NCBI GenBank assembly: GCA_963767035.1
Contig: CAVYBW010000001.1
Span: 2,374,547-2,438,546, forward strand
Direction: 5' to 3'
Source: an uncultured Chloroflexia bacterium
Lineage (GTDB): Bacteria > Chloroflexota > Chloroflexia > Chloroflexales > Herpetosiphonaceae
DNA: 64,000 nt
In this document: piece by piece, positions 1-10,289 of the stretch
How the letters are laid out: every line of letters begins with the position of its first letter
Numbering within the stretch: position 1 is the first letter of the stretch
The notes under the pieces: model-generated
What the model was told of the DNA's origin: nothing
Databases searched by the model: none
What the model saw: the letters and a program-made list of their open reading frames with translations, nothing else
Made by a program: the position numbers and the translations under genes

Positions 1-303
1 CACGATCTGTTTGGCGATGGATTGTTGCGTGTAGTGAATTTGCCTGGACATGCGCGGGGTCAAATTGGCATGTATATTGCAAATCCACGGCCAATTTTGC
101 TAGCGGCGGATGGCGCTTGGCACTCGCGGGCGATTCGCGAACAAGTCTTGCCGCATCCGATCACCTATGTTGTAATTGATGATGCCAAAGCGCTGGCGGC
201 GACCTTGGCTCGCTTGAGTGCATTTGCCCAAGCCTACCCTGAGGTGTTGATTGTGCCCTGCCATTGCCCAGAAATCTATGCCAGTGAGGTAGCCAAAGCG
301 TGA
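1..303 (+). CDS. C-terminal fragment of a hydrolase-like protein, truncated by window start
   Basis: ORF open from window edge to stop at 301-303; no confident family assignment (weak MBL-fold-like impression). Confidence 0.3.
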   Translation, partial: HDLFGDGLLRVVNLPGHARGQIGMYIANPRPILLAADGAWHSRAIREQVLPHPITYVVIDDAKALAATLARLSAFAQAYPEVLIVPCHCPEIYASEVAKA

Positions 304-1601
304 GCATCAGCGATATTTTAGCCACAGGCTCGTATTTTGGGCGGGCGCGTTGGCGTTGGCGGTGGCTCAATCAGCAGCGTTTGCAGGCTTTTCAAGCTGC
401 CAAGGCGCAGCAATTAATCCCATGGGTAGCCCAACATTCAGCCTTCTATCGTCAGCATTGGCAAGGCCATGATCTGCACGATTGGCGCAACTTGCCGCCA
501 GTTGATAAACGCTTGATGATGGCCAATTTTCGCGAATTCAATACGCTCGAAGTGCCAGCAGCGGCGGCCTTCGATTTAGCCCAACAAGCTGAGCAACAGC
601 GCGATTTTGTGCCCCGCTTAGGCGATCTGACCGTTGGGCTTTCGTCGGGAACATCGGGCCATCGGGGCTTGTTTTTGATTAGCGCTGCTGAGCAATTGTT
701 TTGGGCGGGCACGATTTTGGCCCGAACATTGCACCAGATCAAGCCAACCAAAATCGCCTTTTTTCTGCGTGCCAATAGCAATCTCTACCAACAACTGGGC
801 GGGCGGTTGATTCAATTTCGCTATTTTGATTTGACTCAAGCGCTTGAACCGCAAATTGACATGCTCAATCGCTATCAACCAACGATTATTGTCGCGCCAC
901 CTGGCTTGTTGCTACAATTGCTCGCGGCGGCCCAAACTGGCGCATTAACCCATCGGCCTGAGCGCATTATTAGCGTAGCCGATGCCTTGGCACCAGATGA
1001 ACAAGCGCAACTCAGCACATTTTTTGGCATTCCAATCGAACAAATCTATCAAGCAACCGAGGGCTTGCTTGCGATTTCGTGTGCTCACGGCAGTTTGCAC
1101 ATTCAAGAAGATTTGGTTGCAGTTGATTTTGAGGATTTGGGCCAAGGCCGGGTTACGCCGTATATCACTGATTTATGGCGGCGCACTCAGCCGATTATTC
1201 GCTATCGATTAAATGATGTGTTGCGTTTGAGTTCGCAGCCATGCAGCTGTGGCAGTAGCTTCACTGTGATTGAGCAAATTGAAGGGCGGCGCGATGATAT
1301 TTGTTATTTCACTGCTCATGGCCAGCGCCAAGCGATTTTCCCTGATAGTTTGCGCCGCGCCATCCTCTTGGCGCATCCAGCCATCCAAGAATATCAAATC
1401 ATGCAACCAGCTGATGATCAACTTCAGATCACATTGATGCTGGCAACGACGGCTGATTCTACGCTCATTCATAAGGCAGTTGAGCAACAAATTAAGCTGC
1501 ACTTGGCCGCATATGGCTGTACTGATTATCAACTGACAATTCGGTTTGCAGCGATCGGTTATGGCACGCTGAACAAACGCCGCCGCGTGATTCGTCAATG
1601 A
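300..1601 (+). CDS. adenylate-forming enzyme, coenzyme F390 synthetase / phenylacetate-CoA ligase (PaaK/CapK)-like
   Basis: 433 aa; SSGTSGHRG adenylation-type P-loop motif; GTG start overlapping upstream stop; stop overlaps next ATG (ATGA). Confidence 0.6.
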   Translation: MSISDILATGSYFGRARWRWRWLNQQRLQAFQAAKAQQLIPWVAQHSAFYRQHWQGHDLHDWRNLPPVDKRLMMANFREFNTLEVPAAAAFDLAQQAEQQRDFVPRLGDLTVGLSSGTSGHRGLFLISAAEQLFWAGTILARTLHQIKPTKIAFFLRANSNLYQQLGGRLIQFRYFDLTQALEPQIDMLNRYQPTIIVAPPGLLLQLLAAAQTGALTHRPERIISVADALAPDEQAQLSTFFGIPIEQIYQATEGLLAISCAHGSLHIQEDLVAVDFEDLGQGRVTPYITDLWRRTQPIIRYRLNDVLRLSSQPCSCGSSFTVIEQIEGRRDDICYFTAHGQRQAIFPDSLRRAILLAHPAIQEYQIMQPADDQLQITLMLATTADSTLIHKAVEQQIKLHLAAYGCTDYQLTIRFAAIGYGTLNKRRRVIRQ

Positions 1602-2851
1602 ACTATTGCATCTTGGCGCTTGGTTCGCGTGGTGATGTACAGCCATTTATCGCCTTAGCACTTGGGTTGCAGGCCCAAGGTCATCAGGTTGTAATTGCCG
1701 CCGCCCACGATTATCAAGCCTTGGTCGAGAGCTATGGCTGCCAATTCGCCCCATTAATTGGCTCGATTCAACACTTGCTTGACCCTGAGCAAATGGCGGC
1801 GGGCTTGGCAGCAGGTCGCGGCGCAATTATCAAACAATTTCTGCAACAAACGCCGCCAATTATTCGGCAACTGATGATCGATGCGCTGGCAGCCTGTAGC
1901 GCTGCCGATTGTTTGATTGTGGCAAGTTTGGGCATCTGGCCAGCCTTGCACCTTGCTGAACATTTGCAAATTCCCGTAGTTGTAGCCCATATGCACCCGT
2001 ATGGCGCAACTAGCCAAACCGCTCATCATTTTGCGCCGCAATTGACGTGGCCTGCCTATCGTCGCATGAGCTACCGCTTGGCCGAACAATTGCAATGGCA
2101 AGTGCTGCGTATGGCCTTCAATCAGGCGCGACAGCAGGTGTTGCAGCGCTCACGTTTGAGTGCCAGCCAGCTTTGGCTACGCAGCCGCAATTTTCAGCCG
2201 CCTAGTTTGTATGCCTATAGCGCATTGGTGGCCCCGCCGCCTGCAAACTGGCCCGACGATGGCGCGATCACTGGTTATTGGGTGCTTGAGCCAGCAGCAA
2301 ACTGGCAAGCTCCAGCGGCTGTCCACGATTTTCTGGCAGCAGGATCAGCGCCAATCACCATTAGTTTTGGCAGTATGCTGCATGGGCAACAGCGCGGTGC
2401 GGAATTAAGCCAGTTGCTAATTGCCGCCAGCCAAAAGGCCAAAGTACGCCTAATTATCAACCAAGGTTGGGGCGATTTGGCTCAGGGCCAGCTGCCAGCC
2501 AATTGTTTGGCGGTTAATGGCTTGGTTTATGCTTGGCTGTTTGAGCGCGTTGCGGCAGTGGTGCATCATGGCGGAGCAGGCGTAACCGCAACCGCATTAT
2601 GCGCAGGTAAGCCAGCCTTGGTGACGCCATTTTTAGGCGACCAATATTTTTGGGGCCAACGGGTGTATGCTTTAAAGACTGGGCCAGCGCCCATCCCAGC
2701 CAATCAATTGCAGGTTGGGCAACTAGCCAACCTATTCCGCAGCTTGATTGAACGCACTGATTATCAATTGGCAGCCCAACAGCTGGCCGCTAAATTAGCC
2801 TGTGAGCACGGCGTAACCAAAGCTGTAGCATGGTTAAACCAGCGTTTTTGA
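1598..2851 (+). CDS. GT1-family glycosyltransferase (UDP-glycosyltransferase / MGT-like)
   Basis: 417 aa; N-term LGSRGDVQPFIALA and C-term HHGGAGVTATAL...TPFLGDQYFWGQRV motifs typical of GT-B UDP-glycosyltransferases. Confidence 0.75.
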   Translation: MNYCILALGSRGDVQPFIALALGLQAQGHQVVIAAAHDYQALVESYGCQFAPLIGSIQHLLDPEQMAAGLAAGRGAIIKQFLQQTPPIIRQLMIDALAACSAADCLIVASLGIWPALHLAEHLQIPVVVAHMHPYGATSQTAHHFAPQLTWPAYRRMSYRLAEQLQWQVLRMAFNQARQQVLQRSRLSASQLWLRSRNFQPPSLYAYSALVAPPPANWPDDGAITGYWVLEPAANWQAPAAVHDFLAAGSAPITISFGSMLHGQQRGAELSQLLIAASQKAKVRLIINQGWGDLAQGQLPANCLAVNGLVYAWLFERVAAVVHHGGAGVTATALCAGKPALVTPFLGDQYFWGQRVYALKTGPAPIPANQLQVGQLANLFRSLIERTDYQLAAQQLAAKLACEHGVTKAVAWLNQRF

Positions 2852-2874
2852 AATTTTTAATCCGAGGTAGTATT

Positions 2875-3861
2875 ATGCAGTTTCCTCTACGCATCGCCGG
2901 GATCGGCGCTTACGTCCCAGCAACCATCGTTACCACCAGCGACTTAGCCGAGCGCTTTGGGGTTGATCCAAGCATCATTGAGCGTACCACCGGCATTCGT
3001 GAGCGGCGTTACGCCGTGGAAGAAACTGCCTTGACCATGGCGGTTCAAGCCTCGCAACAAGCGCTTGCTAATGCCAATTATGAGCTTGATAGTATCGATC
3101 TGATTGTGGTCGCTTCGGCAGGTATGCATCAGGTCATCCCATGCACCGCTGCCTTGTTGCAAAAGGCCTTGCAAGCACCAGCTGGCCGCAGCGCCTGCTT
3201 CGATTTAAACGCCACATGTTTGAGTTTTCTGTTTGGCTTGCAATTGTTGGCTCCCTTGATTAACAGTGGTGTCTATCAACGGGTGCTCTTGGTCAGCAGC
3301 GAACGCGCTTCGGTTTCGCTCGATCCCAACGAATGGCAATCGACGGCGCTGTTTGGCGATGCAGCCGCAGCCGTTATTTTGGAGCGCGGCGATGGCAGCA
3401 GTAGCCTAGAACATAGCCAATTTGCGACGTGGAGCAATGGCAGCGATTTGATCCAAATTCGCGGTGGTGGCTCAAACCAGCATCCCAATGCACCCACCAC
3501 CACGCCCGACATGAATTGGTTTACGATGCAAGGGCCGTTGGCCTTTCGGTTTGTATTTCGCGAGCTACAGCAATTTGTGAAGCAATTTTTGGTCGAGCTT
3601 GGCTGGCAAAATCACGAAGTCGATGCCTTGATTCCGCATCAAGCCAACCGCCATGCAATTGAGCAAGTACAGGCTCGGTTGGGATTTACGCCCGATCAAG
3701 TGATTAGCAATTTTGCCAAACGTGGCAATTGTGTTGCCGCCTCAATCCCCTTGGCCTTGGCCGAAGCTGTGGCCGAGGGCCGAATTCAACGCGGCAATCG
3801 GTTGGTGCTGCTTGGCTCTGGCGCTGGCATTACCTTGGGCGTGGTGGCCTTGATTTACTAG
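2875..3861 (+). CDS. 3-oxoacyl-ACP synthase III (FabH-like KAS III)
   Basis: about 328 aa from the MQFPLRIAGIGAYVP start; FabH-like N-terminus and overall length; RBS GAGGTAG upstream. Confidence 0.8.
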   Translation: MQFPLRIAGIGAYVPATIVTTSDLAERFGVDPSIIERTTGIRERRYAVEETALTMAVQASQQALANANYELDSIDLIVVASAGMHQVIPCTAALLQKALQAPAGRSACFDLNATCLSFLFGLQLLAPLINSGVYQRVLLVSSERASVSLDPNEWQSTALFGDAAAAVILERGDGSSSLEHSQFATWSNGSDLIQIRGGGSNQHPNAPTTTPDMNWFTMQGPLAFRFVFRELQQFVKQFLVELGWQNHEVDALIPHQANRHAIEQVQARLGFTPDQVISNFAKRGNCVAASIPLALAEAVAEGRIQRGNRLVLLGSGAGITLGVVALIY

Positions 3862-3870
3862 GAATCAATC

Positions 3871-4629
3871 ATGCTTGTGTTGATTACTGGGGCTGGCACG
3901 GGCCTTGGTCAGGCAATGGCACTGGCCTTGGCCAAACGGGGCGCAACGATCATTTTAGTTGGCCGTCGCCGCGAACAGCTGGTGTATAGCGCTGGCTTGG
4001 TTCTTCGTGCTGGTGGCCAAGCTTGGCCAATCGTTTGTGATTTAAGCGATCGCCAAGCGGTGCAAACCTTGGCTGCGCAAATCACCCAACGGTATGTTCA
4101 GCTTGATTTAGTAATTCATAATGCCGCAAATCTTGCAGGCGCAGCCTTTGCGCACCTACCTGAAGCCGAAATTTTGCCCACAATCAACACCAATCTGGTA
4201 CACCCAATTTGGCTAACCCGACTGCTCTTGCCCAAAGCAGTCTTGATTGTTGGCAGCAGCGTTAGCCGCGTGGCGATGCCTGGCGCAAGTTTGTATAGCC
4301 TGAGCAAAGCTGCGCTTGAGGCGTGGGGCTTAGCACTTGCCGCCGAAACAACAATCAAGGTTGTGCGCGCCTATCCGCCTGCCAGCAAAACCGCCATGAC
4401 CGCCGCCATGGCCCAGCAAACCAGCCAACGGTTTCCACTGGCGGAGCCAAGCAAAGTTGGCGAACAGATTATTCAGCGCTACTTGGCAGGCGAAACCGAA
4501 ATTATACTTAGTATCAATGATAGACTCCTTTTTTGGCTGCAACGCTACAGCCCAAAACTGCTACAAATGCTGCTTAAACGCTATCATCAACAGCTAATCA
4601 AGCTTTGGAGTGCCAAAATAGGCATTTGA
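3871..4629 (+). CDS. short-chain dehydrogenase/reductase (SDR)
   Basis: 252 aa; TGAGTGLG Rossmann motif at N-terminus. Confidence 0.8.
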   Translation: MLVLITGAGTGLGQAMALALAKRGATIILVGRRREQLVYSAGLVLRAGGQAWPIVCDLSDRQAVQTLAAQITQRYVQLDLVIHNAANLAGAAFAHLPEAEILPTINTNLVHPIWLTRLLLPKAVLIVGSSVSRVAMPGASLYSLSKAALEAWGLALAAETTIKVVRAYPPASKTAMTAAMAQQTSQRFPLAEPSKVGEQIIQRYLAGETEIILSINDRLLFWLQRYSPKLLQMLLKRYHQQLIKLWSAKIGI

Positions 4630-4705
4630 CAAACAACAAACAGCCAACTACAATTGCCGCCTTGTTGATACTTAATATCAATAATTATATAAGAAAGGTT
4701 TGGCA

Positions 4706-6250
4706 ATGCGGCGTTTTGGCACTCAGCTTTTCGGGCTGATTCTAATGATACAGCTGTTAATCGCGTGTGGATCAACCAGCGCAGACCCTCAAGCAGCGAT
4801 TTCGACTACCGAGCAACCAAGCAACTCAAATGGCGAATTGCGTATTGGCACGGGCATTAATTTGCCGACCAGTTTGGATGTAGCCCAAGGATCGACGGGC
4901 TACAATATGCTGACCTATGGCGCAGGCGAAACACTAATGCGCTTTACGCCCAGCAATCAGCTTGAGCCTTGGCTGGCTGAAAGCGTTAGCGCGCTCAATT
5001 CAACCACATGGCAAATCAAATTGCGCCAAGGTATTCGCTTTCACGATGGCAGTGAACTTAAGGCCAGCGATGTTGTAACCTCATTCAACAGCAGTTGGCA
5101 AAACCTAAGCGCTGCCAAAAACTTCATTCCTGCAGATAGCAAAACAAGCGTGATTGATGATTACACCCTCAACTTGAGCACTAGCCAAGCTGAAGGCAGC
5201 ATTCCCTATAGCCTCGCCAACTGGAATTTCGTCATTCATAAGCCTGCCGTCAATGGCATTTCGATTTTGACTGGCATGTATCAGCCGATCAGGCTTGAAA
5301 AAGATCAAGAGCTGGTGCTCGAACGCTTTGCCAATTATTGGGATGGTCAGGCGGGCTTACAAAAAATCAGTGTCAAGAAAATTCCCGATGCCAATGCCCG
5401 TGCCTTGGCCTTGCAAAGTGGCGATCTGGATATGTTGACCAATGTTGCCCCAGATATTGCGCGTGGGCTACCAGCTGAGATTGAGATTCAGAGCGTTGCT
5501 GGCACACGAATGCATTATGTTATGTTAGATACTGCTAATCCACCATTTGATGATCGTTTGGTGCGTCAAGCGCTAACCTTGGCGATCGATCGCCAAGCCC
5601 TGTTACAAGCGACGCTCGATGGCCAAGGCGCAGTGGCAACCAATCTCTATCCCTCAACGGTTGGAATTGAGCTGGTCGAAGCCCAAATTTTTGATCCGGC
5701 CCAAGCGGCCAGTTTGCTTGATCAAGCTGGTTGGGTTGTTGGTAGCGATGGCATGCGCAGCAAAAATGGCCAGCCGCTGGCGTTTACCTTGCACAGCTAC
5801 CCTGGCCGCCCCGAACTCAGCTTGATGGCAATCGCGATTCAAGCCCAATTAAAAACCCTTGGAATTAATGTCGAAGTCAACGAAGTGGCCGATATTGGCG
5901 AAGTGGTGGAAAAAGGCAACTTCCAAGCCAGCATGTACTCAATCGGCACATCAGGCGACCCACAATACACGGTTGGCACGACGCTCATTCAAGGTGCAGC
6001 CTACAACTACGCTGGCTACAGCAATCCGGCGATTGAAAGCGCTTTTGTTGAGTTGCGCGCCGAACAAGACCCCGCCAAACGCATGCAACTGGCCAAACGA
6101 ATCCAAACCGAGGTCAAAAATGATCCGGTTAATGTGTACCTTGCCAGCCCGCCGCTGATTACGGCTTATCGCAAGGGCAGCATCAGTGGCTACGTGCCCA
6201 ATCCCAACGATGTCTATTTGATCACCAAGGATTTGAAACTTAATCGATGA
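4706..6250 (+). CDS. ABC transporter substrate-binding lipoprotein, family 5 (Dpp/Opp/Nik-like)
   Basis: 514 aa; lipoprotein signal LLIACGS; family-5 SBP length and composition; RBS GAAAGG 7 nt upstream of ATG. Confidence 0.85.
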   Translation: MRRFGTQLFGLILMIQLLIACGSTSADPQAAISTTEQPSNSNGELRIGTGINLPTSLDVAQGSTGYNMLTYGAGETLMRFTPSNQLEPWLAESVSALNSTTWQIKLRQGIRFHDGSELKASDVVTSFNSSWQNLSAAKNFIPADSKTSVIDDYTLNLSTSQAEGSIPYSLANWNFVIHKPAVNGISILTGMYQPIRLEKDQELVLERFANYWDGQAGLQKISVKKIPDANARALALQSGDLDMLTNVAPDIARGLPAEIEIQSVAGTRMHYVMLDTANPPFDDRLVRQALTLAIDRQALLQATLDGQGAVATNLYPSTVGIELVEAQIFDPAQAASLLDQAGWVVGSDGMRSKNGQPLAFTLHSYPGRPELSLMAIAIQAQLKTLGINVEVNEVADIGEVVEKGNFQASMYSIGTSGDPQYTVGTTLIQGAAYNYAGYSNPAIESAFVELRAEQDPAKRMQLAKRIQTEVKNDPVNVYLASPPLITAYRKGSISGYVPNPNDVYLITKDLKLNR

Positions 6251-7197
6251 GCGATTTGCTACGCCAATCTGCTGGGCGCTTGGTGAGTGGGCTGATTGTG
6301 TTGTGGATGGTCAGCATGCTGGCCTTCCTAATTATTCACGCTGCCCCAGGCGATCCAGCTCGCATGCTGTTGAGCGCGAATGGGCTTGATGCGCCGCCAG
6401 CAGAAGCCGTCGCGGCCAAACGGCGTGAGCTAGGGCTTGATCAAGCATTGTTCAGCCAATATGCCACTTGGATGCGCCGAATTGGGCAGGGCGATTTTGG
6501 CATGAGCTATCGTTCGGGCAAGCCAGTTTGGCAAATGTATCGCGAACGCTTGCCAGCAACCTTGCTCATGGCAGGCTTGGCGCTAACGCTCTCGCTGAGT
6601 ATTGCAATTCCCTTGGGCCTAATCAGCGCCATCAAGCGCCATAGTATCTTGGATTATGCGGCCCAACTTTTGGCAGTAATCGGGGCGGCAATTCCAGGCT
6701 TTTGGATTGCGCTGGTGCTCATGTTGGTATTTGCAGCCAAATTGCGTTGGTTGCCAGCCTTGGGGAGTGCCACATTTAAAGGCATGCTGTTGCCAGCAAT
6801 CATCTTGGCCTTGCCGAATATTGCCCTAACCTCGCGCTTGGTTCGCGCCACCACGCTTGATGTGCTAAATCAGCAATATATTGTAACTGCGCGAGCCAAA
6901 GGCCGCTCAGAACATGGATTGTTATTTGTCCATGCCTTGCCGAATATTGCCACCAGTTTAATCACCCCGATTAGCCTAGAGCTAGCCTTTTTGCTAACTG
7001 GCACAGTGATTATCGAACATGTTTTTGCGTATCCGGGAGTTGGGCGGATGGCGGTCGAGGCAGCGTTAGTTGGCGATATGCCAGTTTTGGGCTTGGCAGT
7101 GTTGATCGCAGGAGGAATCTATGTTATCGCTAACTGGTGCGCTGACCTCGGCATGGCAGCGCTTGACCCACGGCTCCGCCAAAAAACATCAAATTGA
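6247..7197 (+). CDS. ABC transporter permease (DppB/OppB-like)
   Basis: 316 aa; multi-TM; start overlaps SBP stop (ATGA). Confidence 0.85.
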   Translation: MSDLLRQSAGRLVSGLIVLWMVSMLAFLIIHAAPGDPARMLLSANGLDAPPAEAVAAKRRELGLDQALFSQYATWMRRIGQGDFGMSYRSGKPVWQMYRERLPATLLMAGLALTLSLSIAIPLGLISAIKRHSILDYAAQLLAVIGAAIPGFWIALVLMLVFAAKLRWLPALGSATFKGMLLPAIILALPNIALTSRLVRATTLDVLNQQYIVTARAKGRSEHGLLFVHALPNIATSLITPISLELAFLLTGTVIIEHVFAYPGVGRMAVEAALVGDMPVLGLAVLIAGGIYVIANWCADLGMAALDPRLRQKTSN

Positions 7198-7244
7198 ACC
7201 TATTGAGCATTATGAGCAACGTACCAAGCCGCAATTGAGCCGGA

Positions 7245-8036
7245 TTGGTCGCATGGCTGCCGGGCATGTTAATCTTGATGTTTAGCGCAGTCTGGATTGG
7301 CCCATGGTTTTGGCAGGTTGATCCGTTAGCTCAGAATATTGCTCAACGTTTAGCGCCGCCATCATTCAGCAATCCATTCGGCACTGATCAATTTGGTCGC
7401 GATGTTTTAGCCCGGATTTTGATTGGCGGGCGGTGGTCGTTATTGGGTGCAAGCTTGGTGTGCCTTGGCACCAGTTGTTTGGGCCTGACGATTGGGGCAT
7501 GCTGCGCCTTGGGGCCGCGCTGGTTGGATTATCTTCTGAGCCGCATAACCGAAACCTTGCAAGCGATTCCAACAGTCTTGTTAGCACTGACCCTGAGCGC
7601 CATTCTCTCACGCTCGTTTGGCAATTTGCTTTTGGCGTTGGTGCTGACCAACTGGACGTGGTATGCCCGCATGTATCGGGCATTGATCAGCAAAGAATTG
7701 GCCATGCCCTATATCGAAGGAGCGCAGGTGATTGGGGTCAAACCGTTGGCGATTTTAGTGCGCCACGTTTTGCCCAACCTATTTGGCGCAATGGTTGTGG
7801 TTGCAACCACCAACTTTGGCAGCGTTATTTTGAATCTTTCGGCGTTGTCGTTTATTGGCTTTGGCCTCAACCCACCAACCCCTGAATGGGGCAATTTGAT
7901 TAATGAATCGCGAGCATTTTTTCAGCGTGAGCCACGCCTAATGCTTATTCCAGGTTTGTGCATCGCCACAACCGTACTTTGGATTAATATCTTGGGCAAT
8001 GCCTTGCGCGATCGGTTTGATCTGGATAGATCATAA
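7245..8036 (+). CDS. ABC transporter permease (DppC/OppC-like)
   Basis: 263 aa; multi-TM; follows DppB-like permease; no ATPase genes follow. Confidence 0.8.
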   Translation: MVAWLPGMLILMFSAVWIGPWFWQVDPLAQNIAQRLAPPSFSNPFGTDQFGRDVLARILIGGRWSLLGASLVCLGTSCLGLTIGACCALGPRWLDYLLSRITETLQAIPTVLLALTLSAILSRSFGNLLLALVLTNWTWYARMYRALISKELAMPYIEGAQVIGVKPLAILVRHVLPNLFGAMVVVATTNFGSVILNLSALSFIGFGLNPPTPEWGNLINESRAFFQREPRLMLIPGLCIATTVLWINILGNALRDRFDLDRS

Positions 8037-8084
8037 ATCGAGGGATCAGAGGTCAGCAGCTAGGGGCCAGCAAGAAAAAAATAA

Positions 8085-8119
8085 TCCCATCAATCTGTGG
8101 AATCTGTGGCTAAAAAAGG
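8085..8119 (+). repeat. 35-bp dispersed repeat with tandem AATCTGTGG x2 and an A-run (copy 1)
   Basis: catcaatctgtggaatctgtggctaaaaaaggatc matches the reverse complement of about 14392-14427 at 32/35 positions. Confidence 0.6.
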
Positions 8120-8238
8120 ATCTTCGTGGAATTCATGCAATTCGCGGCTAAATAGTGAACTTTCGCGCTCTTCGTGGTCAAAACAAACCCCCGCCACCAA
8201 GCAGGTAGCGAGGGTTATTCGGCCATAGTAAAACCTAA

Positions 8239-9297
8239 TTAATCAAGATAGGCTCGGAGGTGTTGGCCAACATTGGGTTGGCGCAAATGACGCATGGCTT
8301 CGGCTTCGATTTGGCGGGTGCGTTCGCGAGTAATCCCGAATTCGGCCCCGACTTCTTCGAGCGTCCGGCGTTTGCCATCGGCCAAGCCATAGCGCAACTG
8401 CAAGATTTGGCGTTCGCGGTCGGGCAATTGCGATAGCGCATCGGCCAGCTCATCGTGCAACATCATGCGGGTTGCTTGCTCAAGTGGCGCTTCATCGGTA
8501 TCGTCGGCCAAAAACTCGCCAACCCGGCCTTGGCCTTCTTTGCCGATTGGTTGCTCAAGCGAAACGGGCTGCACTGAAGCATTCAGCATGCGTTTGACTT
8601 TCCGCAAGCTCACACCCAAGGCATCGGCCAACTCATCGGGAGTAGCCTCACGTTGCAGTGCTTGTTCGAGCTGGTAGGCAACCCGGCGCATTTGAGCGAT
8701 TGATTCGCTCAAGTGAACTGGCAAGCGGATGGTTCGGCTTTGCTCAGCGATAGCCCGGGTAACTGCTTGGCGAATCCACCAAGTAGCATAGGTTGAAAAA
8801 CGATTGCCTTTGCGATAATCGAACTTTTCGACTGCTCGCATCAAGCCAATATTGCCTTCTTGGATCAGATCCATGAACCACATGTGATTGCCAATATATT
8901 TTTTGGCGACGCTCACCACCAAGCGCAAATTGGCTTGGGTAAGTTTACGCCGACCTTCATTACCAAAATCGACGCGGCGTTCGAGAGATTTACGCTCGTC
9001 CCAAGTTGCATATTGTTCGGTTTGCAGCTGGAGCTCCGCCTTGCGCCCAGTTTCAATTTGCTTTGCTAGCGTAATTTCTTCCTCGGCGGTAAGCAACTCA
9101 ACCTCGCCGATTTCACGCAAATACATCTGTACTGAATCTTCGACAGCCTCGGAATAGAGCGTTTTCTTGCGGCGTAGGTTTACTATGGCCAATTCTGCGT
9201 CTTCATCGACAAAACCCGGCTCAAGCTCCCAGCCCTCGGGGGCGTCTTCAAGATCCGGTTGGTTTTTTGCTACATTCATCGTTTCATACTTTGTCAT
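8239..9297 (-). CDS. rpoD: RNA polymerase sigma factor RpoD/SigA (group 1 sigma-70)
   Basis: regions 1.2-4.2 recognisable (IGNHMWFMDLIQEGNIGLMRAVEKFDY, RLPVHL, C-terminal HTH); start taken at MTKYETMNVAKN; followed by a 490-bp AT-rich leader. Confidence 0.9.
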   Translation of the reverse strand: MTKYETMNVAKNQPDLEDAPEGWELEPGFVDEDAELAIVNLRRKKTLYSEAVEDSVQMYLREIGEVELLTAEEEITLAKQIETGRKAELQLQTEQYATWDERKSLERRVDFGNEGRRKLTQANLRLVVSVAKKYIGNHMWFMDLIQEGNIGLMRAVEKFDYRKGNRFSTYATWWIRQAVTRAIAEQSRTIRLPVHLSESIAQMRRVAYQLEQALQREATPDELADALGVSLRKVKRMLNASVQPVSLEQPIGKEGQGRVGEFLADDTDEAPLEQATRMMLHDELADALSQLPDRERQILQLRYGLADGKRRTLEEVGAEFGITRERTRQIEAEAMRHLRQPNVGQHLRAYLD

Positions 9298-9788
9298 CGT
9301 CCACGCTCGCTGGGCTACGCCCACTATGGCTTTCGCTGCTGGCGGCGCACGAAAGCTATCTATTGAACCCACAGGATTCTCAATGCAATGTACTACGTTA
9401 CGGTTGGTAAGTTGGATGTTACTTGGTGGATTGTAGCGGGCTACTTACCGTTGGATTACGCTAAGCAAAAACCACGCCACGAACTGTAATTCTTACAGTT
9501 ACAGTATAACAAGTATAGTATAGCAAGAGATTCGTCAAGATCAATAAGCCAAAAGGGGTAGTTTATAGATGTTCAAAGTTTCTTCATAGGTTAGGAGTAA
9601 AGTGCTAGTGTAAATAGGACTATTGTATGCTTCGGTGAATGTATTTGATTGTTAGGTATTAAAAGAGCGTTGAAATAAGGTGAAATATTGATTAAAAACT
9701 ATTGCAAAGGGTATAGCTATCCGCTATAATGCGTTGCGGTCAAAACCGAGGTTCCTTGCCGCAACGCACCTCTGCGGTGAAAAAACCA

Positions 9789-9971
9789 TTAGCGATCTTT
9801 GTACATGGTGCGAATATAGCGGGTGCTAACTTTCATTCGCTTCATTTGACCATTAACTTCAACCATAGCCCATTGGATATTTGGTTTCCATGAGCGATTG
9901 GTACGGTTTTTAGCGTGGCTCACATTGTGGCCGAAGGAGCGCTTTTTCCCCGTCATTTGGCAGACTGCCAT
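9789..9971 (-). CDS. rpmB: 50S ribosomal protein L28
   Basis: 60 aa MAVCQMTGKKRSFGHNVSHAKNRTNRSWKPNIQ; RBS GGAGGT upstream; hairpin downstream. Confidence 0.85.
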   Translation of the reverse strand: MAVCQMTGKKRSFGHNVSHAKNRTNRSWKPNIQWAMVEVNGQMKRMKVSTRYIRTMYKDR

Positions 9972-10289
9972 GGGCGGACCTCCGTAGTTTAGACTTTAAA
10001 AAGAGCCACCCTTGGTGGCTGTACCCGCTGACTATACCATAGGACGCGCTCTGATGCAACTTTTTTAATTGATGCAGGGCATGCAGCCTGACGATCGCCA
10101 CGCATGGCGAATTTGTGCAGCAGTCATGGCATTTGCGCCATGGATAAGCGCCAATTATGGCATATGCTAGCTCTTGCATAATCGGGTATCATAAAGCAGT
10201 AGCGCGGTTGGTTCCGCGCTATTGTCATCAAAAACGGACGCTCGTGAGCGCCGACCATCGAACCATTTCTAGTTGCGAGGACTGTTCGA

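Noticed and set aside
7433-7885. 150-aa and other long alternative-frame ORFs inside well-supported genes (e.g. 7433-7885, 21030-21398, 33048-33410)
   Set aside because: They overlap strongly supported CDSs in other frames, with no RBS and no domain signal. They are treated as spurious.
9703-9731. Plus-strand TTGCAA-16-TATAAT promoter-like element followed by a hairpin
   Set aside because: It points antisense into rpmB and away from any + strand gene. The hairpin is better explained as the rpmB terminator on the minus strand. Without expression data, a possible antisense RNA is speculative.
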